Of a stretch of 42,424 nt of DNA, positions 40,871-42,424 are shown in pieces; the stretch's first letter is position 1, and each line of letters starts with the position of its first letter. The translations under genes were made by a program, and so were the position numbers. Location of the stretch: NCBI GenBank assembly GCA_039931815.1, contig JBDTRF010000002.1, forward strand, positions 1-42,424, read 5' to 3'. A model generated the notes under the pieces. That model did not search any database, had not been told where the DNA came from, and was given only the letters and a program-made list of their open reading frames with translations. This DNA comes from Gemmatimonadota bacterium. Its GTDB lineage: Bacteria; Gemmatimonadota; Gemmatimonadetes; Gemmatimonadales; GWC2-71-9.

Positions 40871-42424
40871 ATGCCGAAGCCTGCTGCAACCAGCATTCTC
40901 GGGATCTCCGCGTATTACCACGATAGCGCCGCGTGCCTGGTGCGCGACGGCGATATCGTCGCGGCCGGCCAGGAAGAACGGTTCACGCGGGTCAAGGGAG
41001 ACTCGAGCTTTCCGGACCAGTCGGTGGAGTATTGCCTGAAGACTGCGGGGCTCCAGGTCTCCGACCTGAGCGCGGTGGCCTTCTACGACAAACCACTGCT
41101 CAAGTTCGAACGAATCCTGGAGACCTACCTGGGAGTGGTTCCCGCTGGCGTCCGCTCCTTCCTGCTGGCCGGCCCGCTCTGGGTCAAGGAGAAGCTGTAT
41201 CTCGAGAAACAGCTCAGGACCGCGCTGGACTATAAGGGTCCCCTGCTCTTCGCCGAGCATCACGAATCCCACGCAGCGAGCGCCTTTTTCCCTTCCCCCT
41301 TCCAGGAGGCGGCCATCCTGACGATGGACGGGGTTGGTGAATGGGCAACCGCGTCGCTGGGCGTGGGCCGGGGGAGCGAAATCGAGATCCTGAAGGAACT
41401 GCACTGGCCGGACTCGCTGGGCCTCCTTTACTCCGCCTTTACCTACTACACCGGCTTCAAGGTCAACTCCGGCGAATACAAGGTCATGGGTCTCGCGCCC
41501 TATGGCGAGCCCCGATTCGTGGACCTCATCTACCGGGAGCTGATCGACCTGAAGGAAGACGGCTCGTTCAAGCTGAATCAGAAATACTTTAACTACCTCG
41601 CGGGCCTCACCATGACGAACGCGGCATTCGCCGAGCTGTTCGGCGGCCCGGCCCGGGTCCCGGAGGCCAGGCTGACTCAGCGGGAGATGGACCTCGCCCG
41701 TTCGGTCCAGGTGGTCTGCGAAGAGATCATGCTGCGGATGACCCGCTCGATTCACCGGGAGACCGGCCTCGAGAACCTCTGCTTGGCCGGCGGAGTGGCG
41801 CTCAACTGCGTGGGCAATGGCCGAATCCTTCGCGAGGGGCCGTTCAAGAACCTGTGGATCCAGCCGGCGTCCGGCGATGCCGGCGGCGCCCTCGGCGTGG
41901 CCCAGCTGGCCTGGCACCGGCATTTCAAGGGCGGTCGCACCGTGGCCAGGGGCGACAGCATGAAGGGCGCCTATCTCGGCCCCCAGTTCAGTGCAACGGA
42001 AATCGCGACCGAGATGGACCAGGTTGGCGCGGTGTACCGCAAGCTGGAGCGGGAGGACCTGCTCCGCACCGCGGCCGGCCTGCTGGCCAGTGAAAAAGTC
42101 GTCGGCTGGTTCGATGGACGCATGGAATTCGGCCCCCGCGCGCTGGGCGCCCGCAGTATCCTGGGCGACCCCCGAAGCCCGCGGATGCAGGCCGAGATGA
42201 ACATCAAGATCAAGTTCCGCGAGGGATTCCGCCCCTTCGCCCCCAGCGTGCTCCGGGAGCGGGTGAGCGAGTACTTCGAACTCGACGCCGAGTCCCCCTA
42301 CATGCTGCTGGTCGCTCCGATCCAGCCGAGCCGCCGGATTCCGATGACCGAAGAACAGCGGAAGCTCTGGGGCATCGAGCAGCTCAACGTCCCCCGCTCC
42401 GACCTTCCGGCCATTACCCATATC
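40871..42424 (+). CDS. Carbamoyltransferase, NodU/CmcH family (5' 518 codons; the gene runs off the right edge and is absent from the supplied ORF track)
   Basis: Own translation from ATG 40871: MPKPAATSILGISAYYHDSAACLVRDGDIVAAGQEERFTRVKGDSSFP...HHESHAASAFF...MDGVGEW...YKVMGLAPYG...LAGGVALNC...QPASGDAGGALG...EFGPRALG. The frame is open to the window end. The 517-aa minus ORF 40868-42421 is its antisense shadow. Confidence 0.85.
   Translation, partial: MPKPAATSILGISAYYHDSAACLVRDGDIVAAGQEERFTRVKGDSSFPDQSVEYCLKTAGLQVSDLSAVAFYDKPLLKFERILETYLGVVPAGVRSFLLAGPLWVKEKLYLEKQLRTALDYKGPLLFAEHHESHAASAFFPSPFQEAAILTMDGVGEWATASLGVGRGSEIEILKELHWPDSLGLLYSAFTYYTGFKVNSGEYKVMGLAPYGEPRFVDLIYRELIDLKEDGSFKLNQKYFNYLAGLTMTNAAFAELFGGPARVPEARLTQREMDLARSVQVVCEEIMLRMTRSIHRETGLENLCLAGGVALNCVGNGRILREGPFKNLWIQPASGDAGGALGVAQLAWHRHFKGGRTVARGDSMKGAYLGPQFSATEIATEMDQVGAVYRKLEREDLLRTAAGLLASEKVVGWFDGRMEFGPRALGARSILGDPRSPRMQAEMNIKIKFREGFRPFAPSVLRERVSEYFELDAESPYMLLVAPIQPSRRIPMTEEQRKLWGIEQLNVPRSDLPAITHI

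Noticed and set aside
40868-42421. 517-aa minus-strand ORF, the longest track ORF at the right end
   Set aside because: Its sequence is low-complexity and rich in Gly/Ala/Arg/Leu, with no recognisable motifs. The opposite strand encodes a textbook NodU/CmcH carbamoyltransferase in an uninterrupted frame from ATG 40871. It is an antisense shadow ORF of high-GC DNA.
1-42424. Search by eye for CRISPR arrays, tRNA/rRNA genes, insertion sequences, integrases, and toxin-antitoxin or defence genes
   Set aside because: No regularly spaced repeats, cloverleaf-like segments, transposase or integrase motifs, or terminal inverted repeats were noticed. The window looks like a contiguous biosynthetic locus rather than a mobile island.

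Overview
GC-rich bacterial chromosomal window with about 33 protein-coding genes. By eye I found no rRNA, tRNA, CRISPR array or transposase. Almost the whole window is one large cell-envelope glycoconjugate locus. It holds three polyprenyl-phosphate-type GT2 enzymes and at least four polytopic GT-C-like membrane proteins. It also holds a Wzx-type flippase, a flippase-like LPG_synthase_TM protein, a sulfotransferase, a carbamoyltransferase, redox tailoring enzymes and a GH30-like hydrolase. Three sub-modules stand out. (1) nt 1-10909 merges two known enzyme logics. One is the pyrrolyl-carrier-protein logic: two PltA-like flavin halogenases, an ACP-type acyl-CoA dehydrogenase, a stand-alone adenylase and a small carrier protein. 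The other is the Dlt-like export/esterification logic: two tandem paralogous MBOAT-SGNH fusion proteins and a DltC-like carrier. I consider this the best candidate for an undescribed system, namely (halo)pyrrolyl or modified-aminoacyl esterification of an extracytoplasmic polymer. (2) nt 25358-30270 encodes a start/stop-overlapped UbiA / DprE1-like / DprE2-like cassette, the decaprenyl-phospho-arabinose logic, behind a 615-aa polytopic membrane protein. (3) nt 31247-34721 encodes a coupled nucleotidyltransferase, HAD hydrolase and CofD/YvcK-like::GT-A fusion. Two real genes that run off the window edges are missing from the supplied ORF track: 1-737 on the minus strand and 40871-42424 on the plus strand. 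Many long track ORFs are antisense shadows typical of high-GC DNA. All product calls come from hand-read motifs and remembered family sequences, with no database search. Several start codons are uncertain.
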